From NCBI GenBank assembly GCA_003344405.1, contig NOWV01000123.1:124001-188000 (forward strand): DNA of 64,000 bases. Direction: 5' to 3'. The DNA comes from Trichoplax sp. H2 (taxonomy: Eukaryota). Within the stretch, counting starts at the first letter, position 1. Each line of letters starts with the position of its first letter. The translations under genes and the position numbers were made by a program. This document shows, piece after piece, positions 1 through 14,100 of the stretch. The notes beneath the pieces were generated by a model. It was not told the origin of the DNA. It did not search any database and saw nothing but the letters and a program-made list of their open reading frames with translations.

Positions 1-129
1 TACCGATTGGTATATCCTGTTAAATGCTTATAAGTGAATAATTGACCCATTACAATCTTCAGTTGTTGTTTCGTATGTTACGTAATTTTATAAAAATCTT
101 ACCTTAAGATCTTATTGGAATATTTTTAG

Positions 130-3108
130 ATAGCGTCGATTTACCATTTGATTTAAATCAGATACGGGATCTATCGGCTAGGTTAAGAGATGCAGCTGTT
201 GGTATAATTGGAGTCTGTCATTCTCGGCGAAGTAACCATCATTCTTCTTCAATGATTGCATTTAACAAAAGGCCTACGATAGAAGATAACAAAGCAAAAC
301 TAACACAACAGTGGAGTTTTTACGAATGGCTAACTGTTTGCAGAAGTGTTACAAAACTGGTTAAACACCTATATGATCGAGATTCACGCCTATCATTTTG
401 CCAGCCGAACCATTGGTTGTCGCCATTAGCTAATATTCAGATTGACAACGTAAGATTATCTACTGAAATTTTTCACTTTGTACAGTTCACAACTTAAAAG
501 GGTTAACCATTTATTTTTGGAAAACATAGCTGGACTTAGAGTACTTTTTTAAAGATGAAGGTATAGCCTATGTTTCATGCGTTATTATTAACTTAGTACC
601 TGATTGAAACTGCAATAAACACGTATGTATAAACTCACTTTTCTAATTAGAAATGAGAGGGCGTCCAACTCAAGAAGTAGCGCTGGTACAAGAGCTGCCA
701 TTTGTCGTTTCCTTCCAAGATAGGATAAAGGTCAGCACATTATCTGTTTTATAATGGCGAATCATGTAATCTTTTAATATCATGCAATCATTGCTCCAAA
801 TCATTAAGTTCGATATATTCTAACCTCTCTGTTATAGATCTTACACTACCTTGATCGCTTAGATGCAGATGCTAACTCGACTGGTTTAGAACAATTTATG
901 ATGGGCTCTCTAAGTGCTGTAGTAAAGCGTGGTAGAATGTATGAAGATGCATTTAATGCGCTAACGAAGGAGAAAGGTTAGTAATCATCTACTATTATAG
1001 CGTAGCCACTTTTGCATTTCAGTGTTACTTATGTAATTTTAATTTTATTACTCATATGCGTATGTTGATAGCGCCAAATTTGAAGAAAAAGATTCGTGTT
1101 ACAATTTTAAATGAACAAGGATTAGAAGAAGCGGGCATAGATGGTGGCGGGTTGTTTAGGTATTATTTTTGTTACGTTTTATCTGCTGTCAACTTTGTAT
1201 TTATATTTATGTACTACGATTTAATCGCTTTTTGCTGCAGGGAATTTCTGACCGAGGTCTTAAAGGAAGGATTTAATCCGAACTATGGTCTTTTTAAGCT
1301 CACGCAAGATGGTTGTTTATATCCAAATTCAAATGTAAAGCTTCTTTTATCCGTTAATTAATTATAAATTAATTTTACAAACGCGAATTTAAGCGTACAC
1401 CGGTATTGGTAGTGTTGTAGCAACGATATATTATGATTATAATTATTGATACTCTTTACAGGTACCGGTTATAATTTCAAACTTTCGCGATCATTACTAC
1501 TTCTTAGGTAGAATTCTTGGTAAAGTAAGTTAAACTTTGCAAATATCAATTTTGTAGGATTTAATGTAATGAGATTACATTCTTAACTCTTATGTTCGCT
1601 TATGAAGGCAATATTTGAAAAGCATCTTGTTGAGTTACCGTTAGCTGGATTCTTCTTAAGTAAAATCCTAAGTGATAATAGTGAAGTCGGTATCCATCAT
1701 TTGGCTTCGCTAGATCCTGTGATGTACAAGTGTGTATAGCTTCTGGAACATTGTTGATGATATATTTTGTGTATTTAGTTTATTTTTGAAACTAAGAAAT
1801 TTGTTTAATATGTTTTTATTAATTACATCACTATCACATACAGAAATTTGTTGTCATTAAAGAGCTATCAAGGGGATATAGCAGACCTGGAACTCAACTT
1901 TACAGTCGTTAATGAAAATCTTGGCGAAGCGGAGGTATGATAAATAATAATATAATAATGATTTCAAGAAACAATTTATTAAGTAAATTTTATATCTTTT
2001 GCTTATTACGTTGCTATACAAGAATGACAGTATGAGAAATGATTATATTACTTTTAAATTATTAATATAGGTCGTTGATTTAAAACCTGGTGGCCAAAAT
2101 ATTGCCGTTACACCAGAAAATCTAATTGAGTACATTCATAAACTAGCAGATTATAAATTGAATAAGGAGGTAAATACTTGTAAGGTATCATACATACATA
2201 ACACCATATATTCGTTATATTTAGTCTTTTCTAAACGCTTTATATTGTGTGATTTTTAAGGTGTTGCATAAGAACAGTTTAAATTTATTTTATTTAAATG
2301 CGATAGATACGTCGACAGTACTTAGCTTTTAGAGAAGGACTTGCTGATGTAATCAATATTGAATGGTTAAGACTCTTCAATCAGCACGAACTTCAGGCAT
2401 GATTTTATTCTCTCTTTAAAGCGCGATGTGTAATTAATAAATCTAATGCGATATTATAATACATACAGGTCCTAATATCTGGCGCCGAAGTGCCGATAGA
2501 TCTACAAGATTTAAGAGCTAATACAAACTATTCAGGTACCTAGCTAATTGTCTTCTTCGAAATAACTGATGCTTTGCTATTACTTCACAATTATACGCTT
2601 ATATGTAACTTCCTACTATGACTTGATGACTTGAATTGTTAATTATGAAATTATATACTGCAGGTGGCTATAGCGATAATGACGAATATATTAATATGTT
2701 CTGGGATGTAGCCGAGGATTTTACAGACAAACAACGCAGAAAGTTATTAAAGTTTGTTACTAGCTGTTCAAGGCCTCCACTGCTAGGCTTTAAGGTACTC
2801 TTTATTAATTTAAGCGGCATCGAAAAGAGTCCTCAGTCGTACCATAAATTAAAAAATCATTTTCATTCTGTTTCCGTTATTCTGATCAATCAACGTGTTA
2901 ATTACTTCTATTTGAAACATGTTTTATTTAGGAGTTGTTTCCGGCATTCTGCATTCACGGATCAGGCGAGAGCAATGATGAAACGCGACTACCTTCGGCT
3001 AGCACCTGTATGAACTTGTTGAAATTACCAAGATTTCGCAGTCGGGATATTTTAAAAGAAAAGCTGACTTATGCTATAGAATCTAATTCTGGATTCGAAT
3101 TAAGTTAA
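130..3108 (+). CDS. UBE3C: HECT E3 ubiquitin ligase UBE3C, multi-exon, 5' end outside window
   Basis: Spliced translation gives [25 protein letters not shown]...[28 protein letters not shown], catalytic [15 protein letters not shown] and terminal [12 protein letters not shown] (TAA 3106-3108). [11 protein letters not shown] matches UBE3C rather than UBE3B (GIDQDGVFKEF). Confidence 0.92.
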
Positions 3109-4394
3109 CTTTACTTATATCGGATAAATGAATGAAATAGCAGTTTATATTGCATCACAATAAAATTATACTATCTAGGATGTTAACATGATCAATTTCT
3201 TGGTTGTAACTTATTGCCTTATTTTTAGCATCATAGTTTGAATTCAGATTCAGACGCGATTTAAAGTAATCTTTGATAATCATTTAAGTATGACATTTAC
3301 ATTGGAAATGTTGATTTATTGTAAAAAACAAATCGGTACCCAATTTTGTAAGACATTTTAAGCTCATAACGTAATAAATCGCCATGAAGCAAATTTTACT
3401 CTATCACGATGTCGCTTGACTTCATTTCTAGTAAAGACGATTGTGTTGTATGCATTTTAATTTATGTAAAACTATTATCTAAAATTAATCCAGCAATATA
3501 CCAGATACTAGATTGAGGTAAACTTCGAGTTAATCACTCGTAGTCATCACTCGGTGATGATACCTTTTGTTATACATTATCCAAAGGCATTATTTTTACA
3601 ATTTTAACATTTTCGGAGTCAAGTCTATTCTATTAAAATAGATAGTAACATAAATTACTTCCCTATCATTTTAATGGGCGTAATCATGCTACTTAATTCT
3701 ACTGTATTTTGAGCGATGTTTGCTATCGTAATATCAAATGTAAAGTATACATTAAACACCGGCATGAGGTAAAATATTTACTCGTTAATAAATGACAATC
3801 AGTATTCAATACTTCTGTTATTTAATTAGTAGTATCGATAAGTACCGTAGCTGTTTAAATTTAGATCATGCTTAGCATACGTATGGCCGAAGTTGTTTGT
3901 AAACAGTTTAACTAGAGATTTAGATAAAAATACTACTATGAAGTCCCAGCATTAATTAACAACTAATAGCAGCATCGATAAACTGCAAGCTGTGAACACA
4001 AAGAGTGAGCTCAAGATTATTAGTAGTTTTACACGAAATTTCTCATAGTTGCCAATGATTCTTACTAGTACCTGGTTAACCCGCCTTTTTATAGTAGAAA
4101 AATACTCCTACTTCCCCGGTAGCTTAGCTTGCTTGTAATCTTAATTATATGCATGCAAAGCAAAAACACATAGTATAGCAAGTCGCAAGAATGACAAATT
4201 GTAACAATCACTTTCTGTCTATAATTTTCGTTTATTGTTATTACAATTAAACAATTAACTATAAATATATAGATATAGATATATACATATGAATGTATCT
4301 CCAGATATTAGGGAAATGGTTTAAACCGCCTATAACGTAATTACATGTATATCTAATTCAGGTAATAACGCTTATTAGTACAGCAGAAGGTAGA

Positions 4395-6654
4395 TTAGGT
4401 AAATAAATTGCCCATTGGCTGAGGATTCTGTAGATAAGACATTACCACAGATGAAACAGATAACCTAGTGAGAAGAAAGCACATGGGTCTTCAGTAATGA
4501 TATAAATGCAATAGAATCTGGAATATCTATGAGCATAGTAAGCTATTCAAGTTAGCAATCACATCGTAGATGTACAGATACAACCAGAATCCTGCGCAAC
4601 GTTTTTGATGTATCACCACATAGCAGTGTAAAATTAATTTGGTACACTAACGAAATATAATTATGCAGTATGTAGGGGGTAGGCCAGGCTAAGAAAGTAC
4701 GCTTCGTATTAAGGGTTAGATGTCATATTGATATTGACTACTTGTACCTAGAGTGATTAAACGCTATTCTAGATCGTGTTTAGCATATCAATATTGAAGG
4801 TAGAGTGGTAAAGATTAGATTATCATTGATCTATTTACAGGTAGTGTATAAGTGTTTGCATCTAACTCAAACAATATCATATACAATATGATGCAGTGCA
4901 GATTATATTATGATTATACACACAGATGGGGGCCATTTCGCAAGCAAAAATTGCTTCATATTAACGGTATAACATTTTTTCGACTATTTTCACTTCACTG
5001 ACACAAACAATAAAGCGATTTCTAGTATTAAAGAGGTTCGTAACGATAATATCGTTATTAATAAATAGCTTATACTTACAGGAAGCTACTAAACAATTGT
5101 TTAGCATCATCTGACGCTCGAGCATTGGCAAAGCTTATGAAAGCACAGTAGATGGAAGCCCAGGCAGCCCATTTCATCTAATTGGTTTATTAAAAGAAGA
5201 AAAAATGATACAATTACGGATAATACGAGTATTTTAAATCCAGTTCTACATTACACAGTAAATATCTGCGCAAGTTACCAATCAAATGAATTGAAATGGG
5301 TAGAACTACACCGCTATAAAAAGAAGGTATCTAGTATAGCATTGGGTAGAAAATTTGTGTATATTTCGTATCTTTGTCATCACATTACAAGTTTATCACT
5401 GCTGTCTTATTGGATAGATCATTCTTTAACTTGGGAATCTGTAGTTTAGCCCCCAAAATAGATCACGTTTGTGTTACAGGTTAGATCGTAAGATTGTGCA
5501 AGATTTGATTGGTCACAGGAGAGATGGATGCTAAATGCGGATATTGTAATTTTTGATAAAAGAGCTGATTTCGGTCATACAGTGCGAAGTTGAAATAAGA
5601 AATAGGGAGTCTTGCTAAATGATTTTGAAGGCACTTTTATTACTCAAATGATAAGTTACTTTCAATCTGTATGTCTTGTACTATAATTTCTATTTGTGTT
5701 ATGAATTATTGTTGAACATGGGTACAATTGATTATCTACCACTTGAATAGTACGGTAGACTATAATTATAAGTTATAATCAGTTCGTATCTCCACTATTT
5801 GCATTATACTGTACAGTAAGTCGACCGCAAAGCCTATCTGAAACATTTGATAAAAGACAAACTACCCTAGTCTACAAGGTAAAGGAGCATCTTGGAAGAA
5901 TCTTTCCTTTTATTCTAATTCTATCACATCAAATTTATTACTACCTTGTATTGAACACGGATTGTCTACCTTCTAGTTATTGACTGCTTGATATAATTAC
6001 GTTTTTAATATTGCCAGAATTGTCAATTTTGTACGTTTTATCCGTATACAATAAGATATGAAAAGTTCTTGATTCAATACATGCAGTAGAACGGCACTAC
6101 AGCCATCTCTGCAAGTATATTGTGTGTAAAGAGCGAATCAATAATTGACTGTACACCAAATTGAGAAAAGTTGTATGTTTCCTGTACTTTCTGAGCTAAT
6201 TCTACCAATACAAGTATGTACGAGTCTACTGTCGAGCTAGCTGATAAAAGTATAGGCAACATTCGTTCTATGGTACATCAAAGAGAGAGATTCTACTTTA
6301 AAATTCAATCATGAACTGCAATCTATAAATACAAGGATTCATTCTATTTCACATATACACTTGGTTAGTTTTTATTTTGCATGGTAAAATAGTTATCGAG
6401 TAGAGTTGTCAATTGTAGTGGTAATTCTGATGGTAATGTGGTTGTCATGGCATGTGGGGTAGACTGGTGTGGTAAAATCTCATCCATTTCTATCATACCT
6501 TTAACATAAGGCCACACATACTAAAAATCATGCCCAATAAGTTCATATAATCAGGTAATGGATCTTCGAAAGGACTCATCGGAACAGCCTTATAACGGTA
6601 GACTTTTGCTCCATCCGAAGTTGAAAGATTAGGGTTAGGATTTGCTGCGGCCAT
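4395..6654 (-). CDS. WDR83OS: Asterix / PAT complex subunit, 3 coding exons (6654-6499, ~5177-5080, ~4464-4395)
   Basis: Reverse-strand splicing gives MAAANPNP...[78 protein letters not shown], the Asterix signature. Not in the ORF track because the exons are short. Confidence 0.95.
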
Positions 6655-6719
6655 GATGGAAGTTCTTCAGCCAGGAGCTTCTTGTCTTTTACCACTACGC
6701 GTGCCTTAGACTTGGTAGT

Positions 6720-7000
6720 ACTAGTACAGTATGCCGAAATCCAGTACAATACTTGCAGTGTTCAGGTCTGGTTCAGGCCTGGTCCGGACCAGACCTGAAC
6801 CAGACCCATAAAGATTTGTAGTAGCGTATTGTACAGTGTACAGTACAAGGTTTTCTTTTAGTACTGTAGTCCACTGTACTGTACACTGTACAGTACGACA
6901 TCCATGTACGGACTACAATGTACAGTACGCTGTACTGTACTATATTGTACTGTACACTGTACGCTTCCGGTCTTGAAGTGTACAGTACAGTACTGTACAG
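6720..7000. promoter_or_regulatory. TACTG/CAGTA pentamer-rich array upstream of the WDR83OS start
   Basis: Dense runs such as actgtactgtacactgtacagtac and gtacagtacagtactgtacagta, 70-350 bp from the ATG. Regulatory role inferred from position. Confidence 0.55.
6765..6806. repeat. 42-bp near-perfect GC-rich palindrome
   Basis: ggtctggttcaggcctggtccggaccagacctgaaccagacc is self-complementary around TCCGGA with one mismatched pair. Confidence 0.9.
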
Positions 7001-7880
7001 TAAAATGACCAGCAAAATTGTCGGCCCTGAAAATTTGTTATTGAAGATGAATGGTGGGCGATCTTGCTCGCACCCTTTCCTTTTCTTTACTTTTAGCTCC
7101 ATAGACGTACAGTACAGTCTAGTAAAGAAGAAAAATTACTAATACACTACTGCAAGTAACTGCAACTGCTTGCAGTACTATCAATGGAGACTCCTGGTTA
7201 TGGAATACACTCATAGAAGTGTACTGCATAGAAGATTCAATATATTCAATATATTAACTTAACTCAAAGTATAGTATACCTGTACTGTTTTTCCTTGCTG
7301 AAAGCGACAAAAACAGACAACCCCTGTTGATTACCAAGTACTGTCCTATTTACAGGTATGCTAGCAAAGAGATGGACGATCACTAAAATTTCACTAGCCG
7401 CCTACAGAGATAGAATATTTTCGAGGGAAAATGAACGATATGCCACTATATTTTCGATAATAGTTAACCGCCAGGGACTTGCAAGAGTAGAATTTCTCTT
7501 ACAAGTCTGTGGTTGTAAACTGCACGGTGGACGTTTCCAGTCATTCCATTTCAATGAAACATAACATAGTCCCTGAAAATACTGTACAGTACAGTAGTTT
7601 GCCTCTCTATTAATATAATTATTATTATTTTTATTGGCATTCAATAGCCCATTGATAGCTATCGCCCTTCTCTTTCTTGGACAGTTTCGGTAGTCCCTTT
7701 GCCGTACTACGACTGCGTTACTTTGCAGTATGGTAATCAGGTAATGTCCAATGGTCTGTACCAGGTACGGCACCAATGTCATATTCTATTTTTATTCATT
7801 TGTTGACACCGGCAGATGAGTCGTGGACGTCAAGTGTGCTGTGAGTGAGTGTACAGTGTACAGTCAGTCATCATAGAGAG

Positions 7881-8566
7881 AGATATTCTTCTTCAATAGG
7901 GGATTTTGTAGTATCCTTAATGACTTTAATTTACTGGTAAAAGGTATAACTATCTCCATTTTTTCAATTCAAGTCTTTGAGGATACTGTCGATTTCTCTT
8001 GTTCTACTTTATATTGGCTTTAAAATTCACTAGTCCATTTTCAAATGCAAGTCATTTGACTCTCTACTGTACTGTACAGTGTACAGTATATGGTAGCATA
8101 AGGGTTCGTTGTACTGTATAGTCTACTATTCCGTATCATGGCCATAACGTCATAACCTGCAGTCCTGTCAATACTGTACAGTGCACAGTGTACAGTACTG
8201 CGACGGTCCTCGTACTGTAAAAGATATTCTTCAATAGGGGATTTTGCAGTATCCTTAATGACTTTAATTTACTCGTAAAAGGTATAACTATCTCCATTTT
8301 TTCTATTCAAGTCATTGAGGATACTGTCGATTTCTCTTGTTCTACTTTATGTTGACTTTAAAATTCACTAGTCCATTTTCAAATGCAAGTCATTTGACCC
8401 TCTACTGTACTGTACAGTACAGTATATGGTAGCCATAAGGGTTCGTTGTACGTACAGTATACTGTAGTCTACTATTCCGGCATCATGGCCATAACGTCAT
8501 AACCTGCAGTCCTGTCAATACTGTACAGTGCACAGTGTACAGTACTGCGACGGTCTTCGTACTGTA
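7881..8566. repeat. Tandem duplication of about 341 bp (7881-8219 and 8222-8566)
   Basis: Both copies run from agatattctt...caataggggatttt to cgacggtc(c/t)tcgtactgta, with scattered substitutions and small indels. Confidence 0.95.
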
Positions 8567-11198
8567 CTCGACGATATCACACCTTCTGTACGCGACTTCT
8601 GATAGGAAAACCTAAATGAGGCTCGTCGAACTAGTGTACAGTATAGTAATAAGTTCAAAGTTGCTGGCTATGATATATTTAGTCGTCATTTGGAACTTTC
8701 CTCGCTGACAGATCTTCCATTACAGAAACATTTTCAACACCATAAACCAAAGAAATCGAAAGACTCGTCCACTTTCACTGGCGAAAAACACCTGTGAAAT
8801 GATGTACGTTAGCGCATATTTGTATCAGAATAGTGATAAATAACGCTCTTTTATGCCAATACAGCCTGAAAGATCAGCAATGTTTACAGTCCATGTTAGA
8901 CGGATCATGACTACCCTTATTGAAATTGTTTTATCCATCTATTTCAGTCTCAGATTCCTCTTCTTTTTTCCTCATCTAGACAACTACGCTTTCCTTCATA
9001 ATAGCCATGTTTAGAGTAGTTAAGTGCATTAATGGACTCTACTCAGTGCTAGAATTAGTCGATATACATTCAAAGGTTACAGTCTATCAAGGCCAGTTGG
9101 TAATATAATAAGTAAGTATTCACCTATCAACTACCCCTTTCTTATACAGTACAAAACAAAATGTTCAAATCCCAATATTTTTCTTACAATCCAGATGTAA
9201 GCCTTCAAAATTTCAAATTCTTGACATGCTTTTAAAAGACATGCAAGAATTGTAGAGGAGTGTCGCAACTTGTATTTTAACGGTCTATAGAGAGTAGACG
9301 AAAATTGATTTCAGTCAAGTAAAGTGGAAGAATTGCCAAAATTTGTAGAAGGTATTACAGTACTGTTAGAACTTGACATCATCGTAGACTTGCGGTACAG
9401 TACGTAATAGTAAAACACGATCATCATACTTGGTCTTGAAAATACTCCCAACTATCTACTGTATCTACCTGATTTTAACGACTGAAATTCGACTTACCGT
9501 ATTGGCCTTCGAAGAGCTCTTTACCATCATTAATCATTAGTCATTATTGTCGTAGCGACAAGAAAAAGTCGGAATAGATATACTGTATACGCGTAGAGCT
9601 ATTAAAACCATTAATTTATGGAACTAGACACTGTCGACAGCCATGTTGAGTTAAGAAGTCAATCCTCCCTCATACACGCAAAATCTCCATATACATATGC
9701 GATTACGCGTACATACGAATATATCGTAAGAAAGTTATACACTGTGCAATGCACATTAGCAGTATCTGAAATGTTTTAATGAAGAAATGACTAGTTGACT
9801 TGAATCACTTCTTGGAATTCACTAAAATTGACTGAAACACTAACGTAGGTTATAATTTGTACGTGATAATTGTGGTAGTGGCAACTTGCAAGGATGTTCT
9901 GTATTTATTGTTGGAGTCTGTTCTAACGTAATCCAATGCATCAGTAATGCTACTTTCAAAGTTAAATCCAAGAATCATTCTAGTGCTGATATGAACTGTT
10001 TTTTGATAGCACATTGAAAGTATTCACTAAGTTATTTGGCGATACTGTGATGACCTTTTTTCAATACATCCTATCCAGAATGTTTGTATGCTGTTGGCAC
10101 TTTATCGTGTCTTCTATACTTTCGCTTTGAATGGCTCATGGAAAATTAATTAATTATGTGCGGGTATAGCAAAAGCGATTTCTTTTTTTTTCTATCACCT
10201 TGCTTGATAAAACAGCATTGAATTGCAAAGTTGAATTTCTCTACACTGAGTTTATTAGTAAAAGATACAGTAGTATTCATTTTTGACTGATGGAATAGAT
10301 TCCCTATCTACGACTATGCTTGATATTCTATTAAGTTGACAATAAATCGATCCTAATGCTGCTATGATAAATTCATATGCGCTTTTATGAATCCTAGTGG
10401 TCTTGATCTCACTTTGTTGTCACTTTCAAGTCTGCAAATAGTTTTTAGCGGCATTGAAGGACTGCAACGCTCGAGATAATTTCGCTACAGTGTTAAAAAT
10501 CTTCATGATAAATACGTACGTATACCTGGCTTTAGCTTGCATTACGTAACAAATTCGGAGAACAAAAACAGCGAGCCAACTCTGTCCTGAAATGATGGAG
10601 ATTGCCACTTCATTTACCTGCTCAAGTCGTTACTTGGTAGCTGCATCAAGTAGGCAATAGTGCCCTTGTTATACTTTACGGCTTATGAGCCGTATTATTT
10701 CAAAGACCCTCAATTAGTTTCGATATGCCATCCTACACCTTACATACGTACGCTCTTGCATCTCGAGTTGAAATTTTTCTGATCCAATATGTATTTAAGC
10801 TACGATTCGCATAATTGTCCATTTTATTAGTATTACGGTTATGTGAATTGCTGTAGGTTTTGTCAATTTCTGTAATTTTTAAATTTAATTTTTTTATTGT
10901 CGACGACATTGATTTTAATTATACAGTAATTATTGGTAGCGGAAACTAGCCCTCTATCATTAGGTAATACTGCAAATCTTTAATAAATGACAAAATACCA
11001 TATTCTATAATGTACGTATAGTAGGTATAGAATACGTAATCATCTAATCTATCTTCACAATAAATTCGAATCATCATGATCAATACTGAACGATTGAAAA
11101 CAACCACTGTACCTGCAGCGCTATTTCATTAATTAATTTTAATCTAAAGTATATTTTCTTTTTCGCATGGATTTAAAGCATTTCAATTAGGTTTCAAA

Positions 11199-14100
11199 AT
11201 GACGTATAACTACGATACTGTGGATTTGGATAAGATCCTAAACGATTTAGAAAATGAAGATGATCATCCTCAAGGTAAGCAGCAATCTATATTGTACTGT
11301 TGCTTTACCTAAAGCTAACAAATAATTCTTTATCATGCCGTGCTGTTTTACTGCTTTCAACTAGAATGATCAAATAATTCGTGTTGGTCTTATTCTTTAC
11401 GTATCATTACTTCATATATATCATGAATTTATGGCACCTCATATTTACAGACCGTGGTGTTTATTCCGTCGTATCAGATAAGCTACCTTACCTTATTATA
11501 GGATTTTAAGCTTTTTAATATCTACAATAAGATAGTTTTGATTCATATTACTATTTATCACCTATCGAAATTGTAAATGCAATAGATTTTGATTGTTGAC
11601 ATTGACGATTGTCATTTATATACGCGTATATTAATTATGCACGTAGATTACTGTAGATGCATCGAATGCGAATGACTTTTGCAGCACAGCTTAATGTAGA
11701 TAATGTCAAATATCACATTATATATATACAGTAAGTGCATTATATTCATCGATGTGCAGACCACTCTCTCTCTCTTGAGTCGAACATCCTTGTGTCTTCT
11801 GTTATTTTAATGTGTTACAAAGCGGCAGCGGATACACTACTGTATTATTGTACTATATGCGTATATAGAGTATCACGGAATGATACTGCTTCAACAGCGT
11901 TAACGAGCATTGCCGTACAGTAGTATAAATTTAACCCTCATTCAATCTTATTGTAACGTCTATAAATGAAGTAAATTATTGTCTCTTACAACATCTAAAT
12001 TTGAACGTTAGGACTATCGATGCAGCCGCCATTGTATCATCAAAATAGCACTGTCAATCGTCCCAGTGCTATGACCCCTGACAATTACCGCAAATCAAAT
12101 AATCTCAATAAGAAGCCTATTCCAGAACCAACGACCCATCGACCATTGAATAGAAGTAATGCAGTTAAGCACCCCATACCTTCTATTAGCAGTAGCTCTC
12201 ACAATCGTAGCATCATGGAAGAAACCACATCCAGCAGTGTCTATCCATCATTGGCTGCATTTGAGTCATCGAATACTGGAGTAATTGAACAAGGCTATCC
12301 AAGCGGTGATAGCGCTAACGCTTTGATTAATAGTGATTATAATAAAAATAATAATTTGCAACATAGCAGCAGCTCAGTTAACCGTAACCTATATGGCTTT
12401 CTAGCTGGACACAATTCCATTAATAGCGAAGCCAATGGGTACAGCAGCGATCCCGCTGGCGGAAATGTAATCACAACCACAAACAACGTTAGTACTAGCG
12501 ACGCTGACTATTATCAGAATTTTATTAACCAAAATAGCACCGGTAATGGCCATCCAAACCGTAGTTATAACGATAGCTCAGAGAAAAGGAGTACTAAAGT
12601 CCCCGTGCAACCTTCATCTGATAATGAAAGTGATAATGAGTGGGAAACTATGCTGGATAAATATGCATCACCTATACATGTAAATGACAAGACTGGTAAT
12701 CAAGCGAATTCTGCTACTCCTACATCTACCTCAATTGCTAGCAATACTAATCATGGTAATGCGCAAATGCCTAGTTCTGGCCAAATCAATAATTCTACCA
12801 ATGAACTCAGTACTGCTTTAGATATTGATAATATTTTGCCGAAGTTCGATATTGCAAGCCTTAAATCTGATTTCAATTCAATACCATCTTCTGGTACTTC
12901 ATTACATCCTACTTCAAGTAATGATATTGCCCCAGAAACAAATAGTACTAAATTAAAAACACCGAGTAACCATTATACAGGAAATTTATCGCATCAACCT
13001 AAAGTTGATGCGGATTCTAACGAAGCTCCTACAAGTTTTGAGAACTCTCAGTCTACTCAACATGTTTCAATGGTTCCTACTTCTCATGACAACAGGATTG
13101 TATCGCCTGAAGGTGACATTACTCAAGGATTGGTATCTTTTTCGAACAATGATAACATTAATATTAATCATGATTTAGAAAATAACGTTGTATGGGATAA
13201 ATCTGAAAACAATGATGCAGCTCCCTTACATAAAGAGAGAAACGATGAGATATCTACTATAGGAATTGTAAATACCGAGATAAACGCTATCAGCAATGTG
13301 AATAACCATGAAAATTTCAGTTTAACTGATACAACATCAGTTGATACGTCAAGCATGCTTCAAGATAAACAAAATCTTAGCAATTTTTCAACGAATAAAA
13401 CCAATAATCAAGAATCATCAACATCTACCTCATCTGATAAAAATAGAAATAACAATGAAGTAAGTAGCAGTTACAACAATATTTCAACCCAGCTGGAAAG
13501 TGTGTCCGGATCTTTCAAGAATTCTCACCAAAGTACATCGGATGAACTCTCAACCGACATTTTATCGCCAGTATCAATCATTGATAACACAAACAATCAT
13601 GTTAATGATACTAGTAGTGAATTTACTGTAAAAAATGATGTTACAGCTAAGAATAACGCTTTCAGCAACTTGCCAGACTTAAACGGTCGTATCAGTGGAG
13701 GAATGAAGTTACCAGAAAAATTCGGTAGCGATCAACCTGTTAAGAATTTCGTAGAATCTGCCAGCAAAAGTGGTGATAATACTATTTCTACCGTTCATGA
13801 GTCAATCGAAAAGACTAATTATAATGTGTCAGGTGTGATAGATAACGAAAAAGATAGAATTAGTTCAGAGTCTAGCATCGCTCGCTCTCTCTTGACTGAT
13901 TTTCAAGATAAGAACTCAAATGACGATAAGGCAGCTAAGATTGATAATGAATTAAACTATGATAACGATACCTTACCACTTGCTTTGACTAATGGTAATG
14001 ATTCTGCTACCGAAAAGAAATCTACAGAAAGTTTTGAGCTCGATAATTTAATTTTAGATCCTTTGTACGAAGTTAAAAAACGTGATACAACGGAGAATTT

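Noticed and set aside
6773-7142. Overlapping ORFs rich in Y/C/T/V/S
   Set aside because: Translations of the stop-poor TACTG/CAGTA arrays, with no protein-like features.
7358-7782. 126-aa and 68-aa ORFs in the intergenic region
   Set aside because: No recognisable domain or exon chain; partly low-complexity sequence.
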